DNA of 64,000 bases, taken from NCBI GenBank assembly GCA_037189525.1, contig JBBCJC010000002.1, positions 928,001-992,000 of the forward strand. The letters run 5' to 3'. The position numbers were made by a program, and so were the translations under genes. Source of the DNA: Gemmatimonadales bacterium. Lineage in GTDB: Bacteria; Gemmatimonadota; Gemmatimonadetes; Gemmatimonadales; GWC2-71-9. Positions 10,180 through 19,519 of this stretch are shown here, in pieces. Position 1 is the first letter of the stretch. The number at the start of each line of letters is the position of its first letter. The notes below the pieces were generated by a model. It worked only from the letters and a program-made list of their open reading frames with translations. It was not told the origin of the DNA and ran no database searches.

Positions 10180-11667
10180 ATGGCGGGTCGCGCGCCGCTG
10201 CTCCGATCGCTTCGGACCCGTCTGGCCCTCTGGCATGCCGGCACGCTGGGTCTGGTCCTGATCATCTTCGCGGCGGCGACCTGGGCGTATCTGGAGCGGA
10301 TCACGCAGGAGCGGGTGGATCAGTCGCTCGCCGATGCGGTCCGGTCGTTCTATCAGGCGGTTCTGGCCGAAGTGCAGGAAGGAACCCCGCCCGAAGATGC
10401 GGCGGCCAAGGCAGCTCGAGAATTTCGATTCAGCGAGCGGCGGGTGCTCGTGTACGGCAGCGGCCATCGCCTGATTGCGGTATCCGACTCGGCCAACGAC
10501 GTCCTGACACGGGCCATCTCCGCGATCGAAGACGCCGACGACTCACCGATCCATCCGCTGTTTGCCTCGCTGATTCCCGGCAGCTCCGCATATGCCATGG
10601 TTGGCGACGCGGGCGAACCGATTCGCAGCTATGCGCGGAGCGTGCCGGTTGCCGGCGAATATCTCACCATCGTCGCGTTGCAGCTGGGACTCTCCGAGCG
10701 GCTGATCGTGGCCACCTTCTGGCAGGCTGCGCTGGTCGCGATTCCGCTCGCGCTCCTGGTGGCCGGTGTCGGCGGGTATCTCCTGGCGCGGCGCAGTTTC
10801 GATCCGGTCGTGACCATGGGGCGTGAGGTGGCCGCGATCGATTCCGAACATCTCGCGGCCCGGGTCAGGGTTCGCGGGAGCGGCGACGAAATGGACGAGC
10901 TGGCCGCGGTCTTCAATGACATGCTGGCCCGACTCGAGCGATCATTCGTCCAGCAGCGCCAGTTCATGGCGGATGCCTCGCACGAACTGCGCACGCCGGT
11001 GGCGAGCCTCAGAGCGGCCGCCGACATCGCGCTGTCGCAGCCGCGCTCGGCGGCGGAGTACACGGCGGCGCTTCGCCATGTTCGGGACGAGGCGAGGCAC
11101 CTGAGCGATACCGTGGCCGACGTCTTTACCCTGGCCCGTCTCGACGACGAAGAACACGTTCTACATCGCGAAGAATTCTTTCTCGAAGAGATCGTGATGC
11201 GCTCTGTCAGCGCCATCTATCCGCTGGCGCAGGAGCGCGGGCAGCGACTGCAGTTCACGCCGTCACGTGAAGCCCGGTGCGAAGGGGAACCGCTGCTGAT
11301 CGAGCGGCTGGTGAGCAACCTCCTGGACAACGCCATCAAGTATACGCCGGCCGGCGGAGAGGTCCGGGTCGAACTCGATGGTGAGCCCGGCTGGCATATC
11401 GTGCGCGTCGGGAACGAGGGAGAGGGCATTCCTCCCGAGGCGCAGGCGCACATTTTCGATCGCTTCTATCGCGCCGATGCCGCTCGGACTCGATCGGGCA
11501 GCCGGCCCGGCGGAGCGGGGCTCGGTCTTGCGATTGCATGGAAGATTGCCCGCGCGCACGGCGGCTCGCTGGAGCTGACTGCATCGGACGGTCTGGCCAC
11601 GGTTCTCACGTTTCGTCTTCCCGCCCATCATCGACCCGTCACGGTCGTTAATCCTGTGTCTAGGTAA
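10180..11667 (+). CDS. Sensor histidine kinase (two TM segments, periplasmic domain, HAMP, HisKA, HATPase)
   Basis: DASHELRTP H-box, NLLDNAIKY N-box, IFDRFYR, GAGLGLAI; ATG 10180 just after the regulator stop. Confidence 0.95.
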   Translation: MAGRAPLLRSLRTRLALWHAGTLGLVLIIFAAATWAYLERITQERVDQSLADAVRSFYQAVLAEVQEGTPPEDAAAKAAREFRFSERRVLVYGSGHRLIAVSDSANDVLTRAISAIEDADDSPIHPLFASLIPGSSAYAMVGDAGEPIRSYARSVPVAGEYLTIVALQLGLSERLIVATFWQAALVAIPLALLVAGVGGYLLARRSFDPVVTMGREVAAIDSEHLAARVRVRGSGDEMDELAAVFNDMLARLERSFVQQRQFMADASHELRTPVASLRAAADIALSQPRSAAEYTAALRHVRDEARHLSDTVADVFTLARLDDEEHVLHREEFFLEEIVMRSVSAIYPLAQERGQRLQFTPSREARCEGEPLLIERLVSNLLDNAIKYTPAGGEVRVELDGEPGWHIVRVGNEGEGIPPEAQAHIFDRFYRADAARTRSGSRPGGAGLGLAIAWKIARAHGGSLELTASDGLATVLTFRLPAHHRPVTVVNPVSR

Positions 11668-11783
11668 CGCACCCTAGATTCTCGCTCCTGGCTCTCATTC
11701 GATCATCGGCGTACCTGCTATCGGCGACAATCCGGTGCGCCCATCGCGGCATTCCACTCCTTTCCCTGCCGGGAGACGACCGC

Positions 11784-14700
11784 ATGTCGAACTGTACTCC
11801 GTTCGTCGCGACGCTGGTCCTTGCCATCCAATTCCAGGCGGCGCTTGGTGCGTCGCAGGCGCTCAGCGCGACTTCGACCGCCGGTGGGCCTGCTCCGCCG
11901 GCGGTTTCGCGTGTCTTTGCCGGGACGGTCGCCGGCAAGGTGACCGATGAGCGGACGGGTGAAGCGATCGTCGGCGTCCACGTTTCCGTCGTCGGCACCG
12001 CGTTGGCGACGGTAACGGATGCGAACGGCCAGTATCGCATCACCGGGGTGGCGGCGGGGAATGTGATGCTCCGGCTCCGCCGGATCGGATATCAGGCGCC
12101 GCCCGATCGTCCGATCACGGTCGTCGATAACGGGACAGTGACGGTCGACTTTACCCTTGCCATGGCGCCGCTCTCGCTCGACGCGCTGGTCGTGACCGGC
12201 ACGCCGGGCGGAACCCAGGTCCGAGCCATCGGCAATGCCGTCGATCGTCTCGATATGGCGGCCGCTGCGGAGCTGTCGCCGGCGGTCAACGTTCAACAGC
12301 TGCTGGGCCAGCGGAGTACGGGGGTCATCAGTCTCCCCAACTCGGGCATGGTCGGCACCGGCTCGGCGATCCGGATTCGGGGCGCTGTTTCGCTCTCCCT
12401 GACCAGCCAGCCGCTGATCTATGTCGACGGCGTGCGGGTCGACAACAATCCATCGGCGGGACCGAACATCCGGCAGGGTCGCCAGGCCTCCCGGCTCAAT
12501 GACTTCGATCCGGAAGACATCGAGTCGATGGAGATCATCAAGGGCCCCGCCGCCGCAACGCTCTACGGGACCGAAGCATCGAACGGGGTCATCCAGATCA
12601 TCACCAAGCGCGGCAAGAGCGGTAAGCCGGAATTGTCCGTGACGGCGCGCGAAGGCCGCAACTGGCTCAACAACGCCGAGCAGCGGTTACGGTACGTCTA
12701 TGGGGTCAACCCGAATACGCAGCAGGTCGACAGCGTCAACCTGATTGCCCATTGGCGCAGCCTCACGGGCGAGGAAATCTTCACCACCGGCGCCATGCAC
12801 GGGGTCGACGCGAGCCTGAGCGGCGGAACCGACGCGGTCCGCTACTACGTCTCGGGTGATTATCTCGATAACACCGGCCTGGTCGACTACAACTGGCAGA
12901 AGAATGCCGGTCTCCGGGCCAACATGTCGCTGCTGCCGTCGAGCAACTGGTCCGTCAACGTGACGACTGCCTTTGCCCGCAACGAAACCCGGTTTGCGCA
13001 GGCAGCGGATCAGTTCGGGGTCTGGGAAATGCTGGTGTATGGATCGCCGGCTCTGTTCAACTCGGCGACGCAGGGGTTCCGCTACGCCAACCCGACGGTG
13101 GCATCGCAGGTCGATTCCCGTTCCAAGATCAACCGCTTTACGGGCGGTGTCGAGATCAAGCACGAACCGTTGCCGTGGCTGACCCACCAGCTCAAGGCCG
13201 GCGCCGACATCGGCATGACCACCAATCAGATTCTGTTTGCCCGACCCGCGGCGGAGTACGCCACGTTTTACGGCGCCCGGTCGGTTGGCGAAAAGACACT
13301 GGAACAGGTCAACGCGAACTATACCACGCTCGACTACGCGATTACCGCCAAGGCCCCGCTGTTCGGCTTCGAGACCTCCACGTCGGTCGGTGCGCAGTAC
13401 TATCGCAAGCAAACCACCTTCACCAGCGAATTCGGCCGGAACTTCCCGACGGCCGATGTGACGACCATCGGTGGCGCCGCGACCACGCAGGCCGGCGAAG
13501 ACTACGTCGAGAACAAGACCCTCGGCTTCTATGTGCAGGAGCAGCTCGGCTGGAAGGATCGCCTCTATCTGACCGCGGCGCTGCGTGGCGACGGGAACAG
13601 CGCCTTCGGCCGCGACTTCAAGGCAGCCTACTATCCCAAGTTCAGCGCGACGTGGGTCCTGTCGGACGAACCGTTCTTCAATGTCGGCGCGGTCAACACC
13701 GTACGGCTCCGCGGTGCCTGGGGACAAGCCGGCCAGCAGCCGGACGCGTACGACGCGGTCACGCTGTACGCTCCCTCCACCGGCCCCGGCGACTCGCCGA
13801 TCGTTACGCCAGGCTCGCTCGGCAATCCGACGCTCAAGCCGGAGCGGAGTACCGAACTCGAGTTGGGGATTGACCTCGGGTTCTGGAACGACCGGGTCAC
13901 GGCGACCTACACCCGGTACGACCGGCGGACGCGAGATGCCATCGTGCGCCAGCCGGTGCTTCCCTCGGAAGGGTTCCCGGGTGTCCGCGTCGTCAACCTG
14001 GGTGAGGTCAAGGCGTGGGGCAACGAACTCAGCGTCAACGCCCGCGTGCTCGAAGGGAACACGCTGAGCTGGGATCTCGGCGTCAACTACGCCACGGCCA
14101 AGAACCGGATCGAGAGCCTGGGCGGGCTGCCGCCCATCGTGCTTAGCGCGTCGCAGGAACATCGCGTGGGGTATCCGGTCGGCGGGAGCTGGTCGCAGAA
14201 AGTGCTGAGCGCGAGCTTCACGCCGACCGGCGCGCCGACCAATGCGATGTGTGACGGCGGGGTCGAGGCCAATCATGCGCCGGTGCCGTGCGCGGACGCG
14301 CCCAAGGTGTACTGGGGGCAGCCGACGCCCACCTGGCAGGGAAGCGTGATCAACACGTTCACCGTGATGCGGAATCTCCGCTTGTCTGCGCTGGTCGACT
14401 TCCAGGGCGGCATGCTGTACGAAGACGGCGAAATTCAGGCCGGGCATCAGAACTTCCGCAACACCGCCCAGTCCAATCGGGGCGACGACCCGATCTTCGC
14501 GGCGTATCAGACGCTGGTGCCGCGGGCGCCGCTCGGCTTCTTCGATGCCGGATTCGCGAAGCTGCGCGAGTTGTCCGTGAGCTACACGGTTCCGTCCTCA
14601 GTGGTACGGCGTTTCGGGATGCAGCGAGCCTCGATCAGTGGCGCCTGGCGTAACGTCGGATTGGTCTGGCAGGCGCAGGACCAGATCTGGGGAACCAAGC

Positions 14701-14807
14701 TGTTCGATTCGGAGATGCGCACGCCGGGCTCGGAATTGGGCAGCCGGTACCAGACGATGATTCCTCCTGCTTCGCAGGTCGTGTTCACCCTGCGGACCTC
14801 CTTCTGA
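11784..14807 (+). CDS. SusC/RagA-family TonB-dependent outer membrane receptor (SusC1)
   Basis: Signal peptide, carboxypeptidase-regulatory-like domain, LDALVVTG, plug PLIYVDGVRV and DIESMEIIKGPAAATLYGTEASNGVIQIITKRG, GNPTLKPE, C-terminal Phe. Confidence 0.93.
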   Translation: MSNCTPFVATLVLAIQFQAALGASQALSATSTAGGPAPPAVSRVFAGTVAGKVTDERTGEAIVGVHVSVVGTALATVTDANGQYRITGVAAGNVMLRLRRIGYQAPPDRPITVVDNGTVTVDFTLAMAPLSLDALVVTGTPGGTQVRAIGNAVDRLDMAAAAELSPAVNVQQLLGQRSTGVISLPNSGMVGTGSAIRIRGAVSLSLTSQPLIYVDGVRVDNNPSAGPNIRQGRQASRLNDFDPEDIESMEIIKGPAAATLYGTEASNGVIQIITKRGKSGKPELSVTAREGRNWLNNAEQRLRYVYGVNPNTQQVDSVNLIAHWRSLTGEEIFTTGAMHGVDASLSGGTDAVRYYVSGDYLDNTGLVDYNWQKNAGLRANMSLLPSSNWSVNVTTAFARNETRFAQAADQFGVWEMLVYGSPALFNSATQGFRYANPTVASQVDSRSKINRFTGGVEIKHEPLPWLTHQLKAGADIGMTTNQILFARPAAEYATFYGARSVGEKTLEQVNANYTTLDYAITAKAPLFGFETSTSVGAQYYRKQTTFTSEFGRNFPTADVTTIGGAATTQAGEDYVENKTLGFYVQEQLGWKDRLYLTAALRGDGNSAFGRDFKAAYYPKFSATWVLSDEPFFNVGAVNTVRLRGAWGQAGQQPDAYDAVTLYAPSTGPGDSPIVTPGSLGNPTLKPERSTELELGIDLGFWNDRVTATYTRYDRRTRDAIVRQPVLPSEGFPGVRVVNLGEVKAWGNELSVNARVLEGNTLSWDLGVNYATAKNRIESLGGLPPIVLSASQEHRVGYPVGGSWSQKVLSASFTPTGAPTNAMCDGGVEANHAPVPCADAPKVYWGQPTPTWQGSVINTFTVMRNLRLSALVDFQGGMLYEDGEIQAGHQNFRNTAQSNRGDDPIFAAYQTLVPRAPLGFFDAGFAKLRELSVSYTVPSSVVRRFGMQRASISGAWRNVGLVWQAQDQIWGTKLFDSEMRTPGSELGSRYQTMIPPASQVVFTLRTSF

Positions 14808-14861
14808 TCGGAGGCCATCATGATCCCGACCTTATCGACGGCTTCCGGAGAGACCGCAGCC

Positions 14862-16124
14862 ATGACACACCGGATTCGATCGGCTCGCCGCGGCGCGGCG
14901 GCCGCTGCTCTGATGCTCTCGACCCAGCTGCTGGCGGCCTGCGGCGGCATTCTCGATGTGGACCTGCCCGGACGTGTGCGCGAAGAATCGCTCGACAATC
15001 CCGTGCTCGCCCCGACGCTCGTCAATAGCGCCCAGGCCGATTTCGAATGCGCTTACGGCGAGTTCGTCTACAGTACCGGCGCCTGGGCCAACGAGTTCCT
15101 GAACAGTTCGGGCGGCGCAGAAGTGATCGGCTGGGGGGCTCGACTACCGAACTACGAATCGGGCAACGGAACCTGCCAGACCACGACATCGACCCGCGGG
15201 GCGTTTGCAGTGTACCTGCCACTGCAGATCGCCCGTAGCCAGGCGGACGGAGCCATCGCCCGCCTCGAGGGCTTCACGGATGCGCAGGTGGCCAATCGGG
15301 CCCTGCTGATTGCCACGGCGGCGCTGTACAGCGGCTTTACCCATGCGCTGCTGGGCGAAGCGTACTGCGAAATGGCGCTCTCGCCGACCGAGCCGCTGGT
15401 GTCGCGTACGCAGGTACTGACTCGCGCCGAGGAGCGATTTACCAAGGCGATCGAGACGGCCACCTCGGTGACCGGTGCAAACGCGACCAACGTCTTGAAT
15501 GCGGCGCGGGTCGGCCGAGCTCGGGTGCGTCTCGGTCTCAACCGGCTCACCGAGGCGGCGACCGATGCCGCGCTGGTGCCGGCGAATTTCGTGTACAACG
15601 CCACCTATTCCGGCGCTACCTTCCGGAGGAACAATCCGGTCTTTCTCGTCAACAATGCCAACTTCCATCTTTCCGTGGCGCCGGAGTATCGGGGTCTCAC
15701 GGTCGACGGAACGGCCGATCCGAGAGTGCCGGTCACCAATGCCAACCGTCAGGGTCAGGACGCACTGACGCCGCTCTGGCTCCAGGGCAAGTACACGGCC
15801 ATCACCTCGCCGATTCCGCTCGCGACCTGGGACGAAGCGCAGTTGATTCTGGCCGAGGCTCGTGGTGGTCAGGAGGCCGTCGATGCGATCAATCGGATTC
15901 GCGCGCGGTATTCGCTACCGGCGTTCGGCGGAGGCGATGCGGAGACGATTCGCGCCCAGATCATCGAGGAACGCCGCCGAACGCTGTTCCTGACCGGGCA
16001 TCGCGTGGGTGATCAGCTGCGTTACGGTATTCCCTTTGCGACCGGTACCAACCAGAAGGGTGTGGCGTACGGTGTGGCAACCTGCCTGCCCTTGCCGCCC
16101 GCCGAGAGTGACGCACGAGGCTAA
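14862..16124 (+). CDS. RagB/SusD-like outer membrane lipoprotein (SusD1)
   Basis: Lipobox LLAAC; EAQLILAEA, INRIRAR, EERRRTLFLTGHRVGD; directly after SusC; alternative start 14820. Confidence 0.85.
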   Translation: MTHRIRSARRGAAAAALMLSTQLLAACGGILDVDLPGRVREESLDNPVLAPTLVNSAQADFECAYGEFVYSTGAWANEFLNSSGGAEVIGWGARLPNYESGNGTCQTTTSTRGAFAVYLPLQIARSQADGAIARLEGFTDAQVANRALLIATAALYSGFTHALLGEAYCEMALSPTEPLVSRTQVLTRAEERFTKAIETATSVTGANATNVLNAARVGRARVRLGLNRLTEAATDAALVPANFVYNATYSGATFRRNNPVFLVNNANFHLSVAPEYRGLTVDGTADPRVPVTNANRQGQDALTPLWLQGKYTAITSPIPLATWDEAQLILAEARGGQEAVDAINRIRARYSLPAFGGGDAETIRAQIIEERRRTLFLTGHRVGDQLRYGIPFATGTNQKGVAYGVATCLPLPPAESDARG

Positions 16125-16142
16125 CATCGTCAGGTGTGCAGA

Positions 16143-16173
16143 GCCGGCGCCGGGGGTCGAACCCGGCATCGGC
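16143..16173. repeat. Intergenic 12-bp GC-rich hairpin; minus strand resembles a tRNA acceptor/T-arm minihelix
   Basis: GCCGGCG-CCGGG-ggtcgaa-CCCGG-CATCGGC; minus-strand loop TTCGACC. Confidence 0.6.
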
Positions 16174-16190
16174 GCCACCGCAACCTCAGG

Positions 16191-18122
16191 ATGAACATCA
16201 TGAGCCGCCTGTACTTCGCAGCCCTGGTCGGGGCACTCTCCCTCCTTGCCGACGGAAGCCAGTCGTTGCTGGTCGGTCAGCGAACGGCCCCGCCGTCGCG
16301 GACCTCGCTCGAGGCGTCGACGATTCCCGCTCAGTTCGAGGCCGTCCTGGCGCAGGCAAACGTCATGGTCCCAATGCGGGACGGCGTCAAGCTGGCGACG
16401 GATATCTACCGCCCGGCCCGCAACGGAACGCCTGTGACCGAGCGGCTTCCTGTCCTCTTGATGCGAACGCCGTATGACAAGTCCGCCGGCGGCGGGGCGA
16501 CGGCCAAGTTCTTCACCGAGCGCGGGTATGTGGTTGCCGTGCAGGATATTCGGGGGACCTATCGATCCGAAGGCGAGTTTGCCAAGGTGCAGCCGGCGGA
16601 TGCGCCCGACGGATTCGATACGGTGGAATGGTTGGCCAAGCAGTCCTGGTCGAACGGCTCGATCGGCATGTGGGGTACCTCCTACGCCGCCCACATGCAG
16701 GCGGCGGCTGCGCAAACTCGGCCGCCGGGTCTCAAGACGCTGATCCTCAACATGGGCGGGATGTCGAACGCCTGGGATCACGGGGTCCGGTACCGGGGCA
16801 CCTATGAAATGGGCCGGCAGCTGACCTGGGCGTGGGCCCAGATGCGCGGCAACGGCAAGACCGCCGAGGCGCGCAAGATCGTCGAGGTGGAGAAGGTCGA
16901 AGACTGGTACGACGTCCAGCCGCTCCGGCGCGGCCTCAGCCCGCTGGCTGCGGACCCGCAGTACGAGGGCTGGTACCTCGACTGGTTCGAAATGGCGGAC
17001 TACGGCCCGTACTGGAAAGATCCCGTGATGGCGTGGGATGAGCACTATCACGAAACCTCCGACATCCCGATGCTGCACGTCGGCGGATGGTTCGACATCT
17101 TCCTGGCGGGAACTTTCAAGAATTTCGTCGAGCTTGGCAAGCGGAACAAAACGCCGCAGCGGATCATGGTCGGTCCGTGGACCCATGGCGGCAACAACCG
17201 CACCTTTGCGGGCGATGTCGACTTCGGTCCCGACGCGGCGGTGCGCGACTTCTACAACGATCTGCACCTCCGCTGGTTCGACACCTTCCTCAAGCAGAAG
17301 GCCACCGGTGTCGAGAAAGCGGCCGCCGCTCGGCTCTTCGTGATGGGAACCGGTGACGGAAAGAAGAGTGCCGAAGGCCGGCTGCAGCACGGCGGGTACT
17401 GGGTCGACAGTAACGAGTGGCCGCTCGCCGGGACGCGGCTGGTGCCGTACTACTTCCATGCCGATGGGTCGCTGTCGCCCAACCGGCCGACAGCCTCGTC
17501 GTCGTCGACCACCTACACCTTCGATCCGCATAACCCGGTGCCGACCATTGGTGGCGGGGCATCGACCCGTCTCAAAGATGGCGCGTACGATCAGCGCGAA
17601 GGCGAACGGTTCCCGCCCTCGAAGCCGCCCTACCTTCCGCTCAGTGCGCGCTCGGACGTGGTTGTCTTCCAGACCCCGCCGCTGACGGAGGATGTGACGG
17701 TCATTGGCCCCATCAAAGTGGTGGTGCACGCATCGTCATCGGCGGTCGATACGGACTTTACGGCCAAGCTGGTCGACGTCTACCCGCCAAGCGCCGACTG
17801 GCCGAGCGGTTTCGATATGAATGTCACCGATGCGATCATCCGTGGGCGGTACCGCGCCACGCGCGAGAGCGCGGTGATGCTCACTCCGGGCCAAGTCTAC
17901 GAGTTCACCATCGATCCGTTTCCGACGGCCAACGTCTTCAAGAAGGGGCATCGCATCCGGGTGGATATCTCGAGCAGCAACTTCCCGCGCTTCGACGTCA
18001 ATCCCGGCACGGGTGAGCCGCTCGGCAAGAACCGGAGAATGATTTCTCAGGACAACACGGTTCATCACAGCGCGACCTATCCGTCGCACATCGTGTTGCC
18101 GATCGCGCCGGCGCGTCGATAG
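16191..18122 (+). CDS. CocE/NonD family hydrolase (S15-type acylase/esterase), secreted
   Basis: MRDGVKLATDIYRP, RTPYDK, QDIRGTYRSEG, nucleophile GTSYAA, GGWFD, GPWTH, PepX_C-like SSSNFPRFD; signal peptide; start 16191 or 16200. Confidence 0.93.
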   Translation: MNIMSRLYFAALVGALSLLADGSQSLLVGQRTAPPSRTSLEASTIPAQFEAVLAQANVMVPMRDGVKLATDIYRPARNGTPVTERLPVLLMRTPYDKSAGGGATAKFFTERGYVVAVQDIRGTYRSEGEFAKVQPADAPDGFDTVEWLAKQSWSNGSIGMWGTSYAAHMQAAAAQTRPPGLKTLILNMGGMSNAWDHGVRYRGTYEMGRQLTWAWAQMRGNGKTAEARKIVEVEKVEDWYDVQPLRRGLSPLAADPQYEGWYLDWFEMADYGPYWKDPVMAWDEHYHETSDIPMLHVGGWFDIFLAGTFKNFVELGKRNKTPQRIMVGPWTHGGNNRTFAGDVDFGPDAAVRDFYNDLHLRWFDTFLKQKATGVEKAAAARLFVMGTGDGKKSAEGRLQHGGYWVDSNEWPLAGTRLVPYYFHADGSLSPNRPTASSSSTTYTFDPHNPVPTIGGGASTRLKDGAYDQREGERFPPSKPPYLPLSARSDVVVFQTPPLTEDVTVIGPIKVVVHASSSAVDTDFTAKLVDVYPPSADWPSGFDMNVTDAIIRGRYRATRESAVMLTPGQVYEFTIDPFPTANVFKKGHRIRVDISSSNFPRFDVNPGTGEPLGKNRRMISQDNTVHHSATYPSHIVLPIAPARR

Positions 18123-19451
18123 ATGCTGACGCTGCTGGCGTTTGCCATGGTCAGCACCTTCATGGTGCTGATCATGACGAAGCGGATGTCGCCGATGACG
18201 TCGCTGATCCTGGTGCCGATCGTCTTCGGTGTCATCGGCGGGTTCACGACCGAGTTGGGCCCGATGATGCTGGACGGGATCAGGAATCTGGCCCCGACGG
18301 GCGTCATGCTCATGTTCGCGATTCTCTACTTCGCGGTCATGATCGATGCCGGTCTGTTCGAGCCGTTCGTCCGGGTGGTGGTTCGCGCGGTACACGGCGA
18401 TCCGATGAAAGTCGTGGTCGGAACGGCGGTACTGGCGCTCTTCGTCTCGCTGGATGGCGACGGCTCGACCACCTACATGATCACGACGGCCGCGATGTTT
18501 CCTCTCTATCGTCGCCTCGGTATCCGTCCGCTGATCCTCCCGTGTGTGACCATGCTGGCATCCGGCGTGATGAACATTACGCCGTGGGGCGGTCCGACCG
18601 CGCGCGCCGCCAGTGCCCTACAGGTGGATTCGGCCGATCTCTTCCTGCCGTTGATTCCGGCCATGATCGGCGGGGCGATCGGTGTCGTGCTGGTCGCCTA
18701 CCGGCTCGGGCTGGCGGAGCGGCGGCGGCTCGGTTCGCTCACGTTGCAGGACATCGCCGCCTCGACCGAACCCGATCTCACGCTGGTCGGGGCCGATGAC
18801 GACCTCTCCTGCCGTCGTCCCGGCCTGATCAAGGTCAATGCGGTTCTCACCGCGGCACTGATGACGGCATTGATTGCAGGTGTCATGCCCCTTCCGGTGC
18901 TGTTCATGATCGGCTTTGCGGTGGCCATCATGATCAACTACCCGTCGGTTGCCGAGCAGAAGGCGCGGATTGCGGCGCACGCCGGCAACGTCCTGGCCGT
19001 GGTGGGACTGATCTTTGCCGCCGGTATCTTCACCGGCATTCTGTCCGGAACGGCAATGGTCGATGCCATGGCCGAGAGTGTGATCCGGATCGTGCCGGAC
19101 AGCATGGGACCCTATCTGGCGATCGTCACCGGACTGCTGAGCATTCCGTTCACGTTCTTCATTTCGAACGACGCGTTCTATTTCGGGGTGCTGCCGATTC
19201 TGGCCAAGGCCGGCGAGGTCTATGGCATCAGCGCGGCCGAGATGGGGCGGGCATCGCTGATCGGCCAGCCCTTCCACCTGTTGAGCCCGCTGGTGCCGTC
19301 GACCTATCTCCTGGTCGGACTGGTCGGGGTCGAGTTCGGAGACCACCAGCGCTTTACCATGAAATGGGCGTTGCTGGTCAGTCTTATCCTGCTGGCGTTC
19401 GGACTTTTGACGGCGGTGATTCCGTGGGTCGGTCGACTGGCGGGCGGGTGA
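18123..19451 (+). CDS. CitMHS family citrate/metal-citrate:H+ symporter
   Basis: FAILYFAVMIDAGLF, SLDGDGSTTY, NITPWGGPTARA, SNDAFYFGVLP, HLLSPLVP; starts immediately after the CocE stop. Confidence 0.92.
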   Translation: MLTLLAFAMVSTFMVLIMTKRMSPMTSLILVPIVFGVIGGFTTELGPMMLDGIRNLAPTGVMLMFAILYFAVMIDAGLFEPFVRVVVRAVHGDPMKVVVGTAVLALFVSLDGDGSTTYMITTAAMFPLYRRLGIRPLILPCVTMLASGVMNITPWGGPTARAASALQVDSADLFLPLIPAMIGGAIGVVLVAYRLGLAERRRLGSLTLQDIAASTEPDLTLVGADDDLSCRRPGLIKVNAVLTAALMTALIAGVMPLPVLFMIGFAVAIMINYPSVAEQKARIAAHAGNVLAVVGLIFAAGIFTGILSGTAMVDAMAESVIRIVPDSMGPYLAIVTGLLSIPFTFFISNDAFYFGVLPILAKAGEVYGISAAEMGRASLIGQPFHLLSPLVPSTYLLVGLVGVEFGDHQRFTMKWALLVSLILLAFGLLTAVIPWVGRLAGG

Positions 19452-19519
19452 CGCTGTTTCGCTGTGAGCGGGTGCCACGCGTCTTCTGAAGCACGGGGTG
19501 CCGGGTTATCATGCGCGTC

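Noticed and set aside
11675..11702. Possible tandem OmpR-type binding repeats upstream of susC1 (TTCTCGC...CTCTCAT)
   Set aside because: The half-sites match poorly and the spacing is not the usual 10-11 bp.
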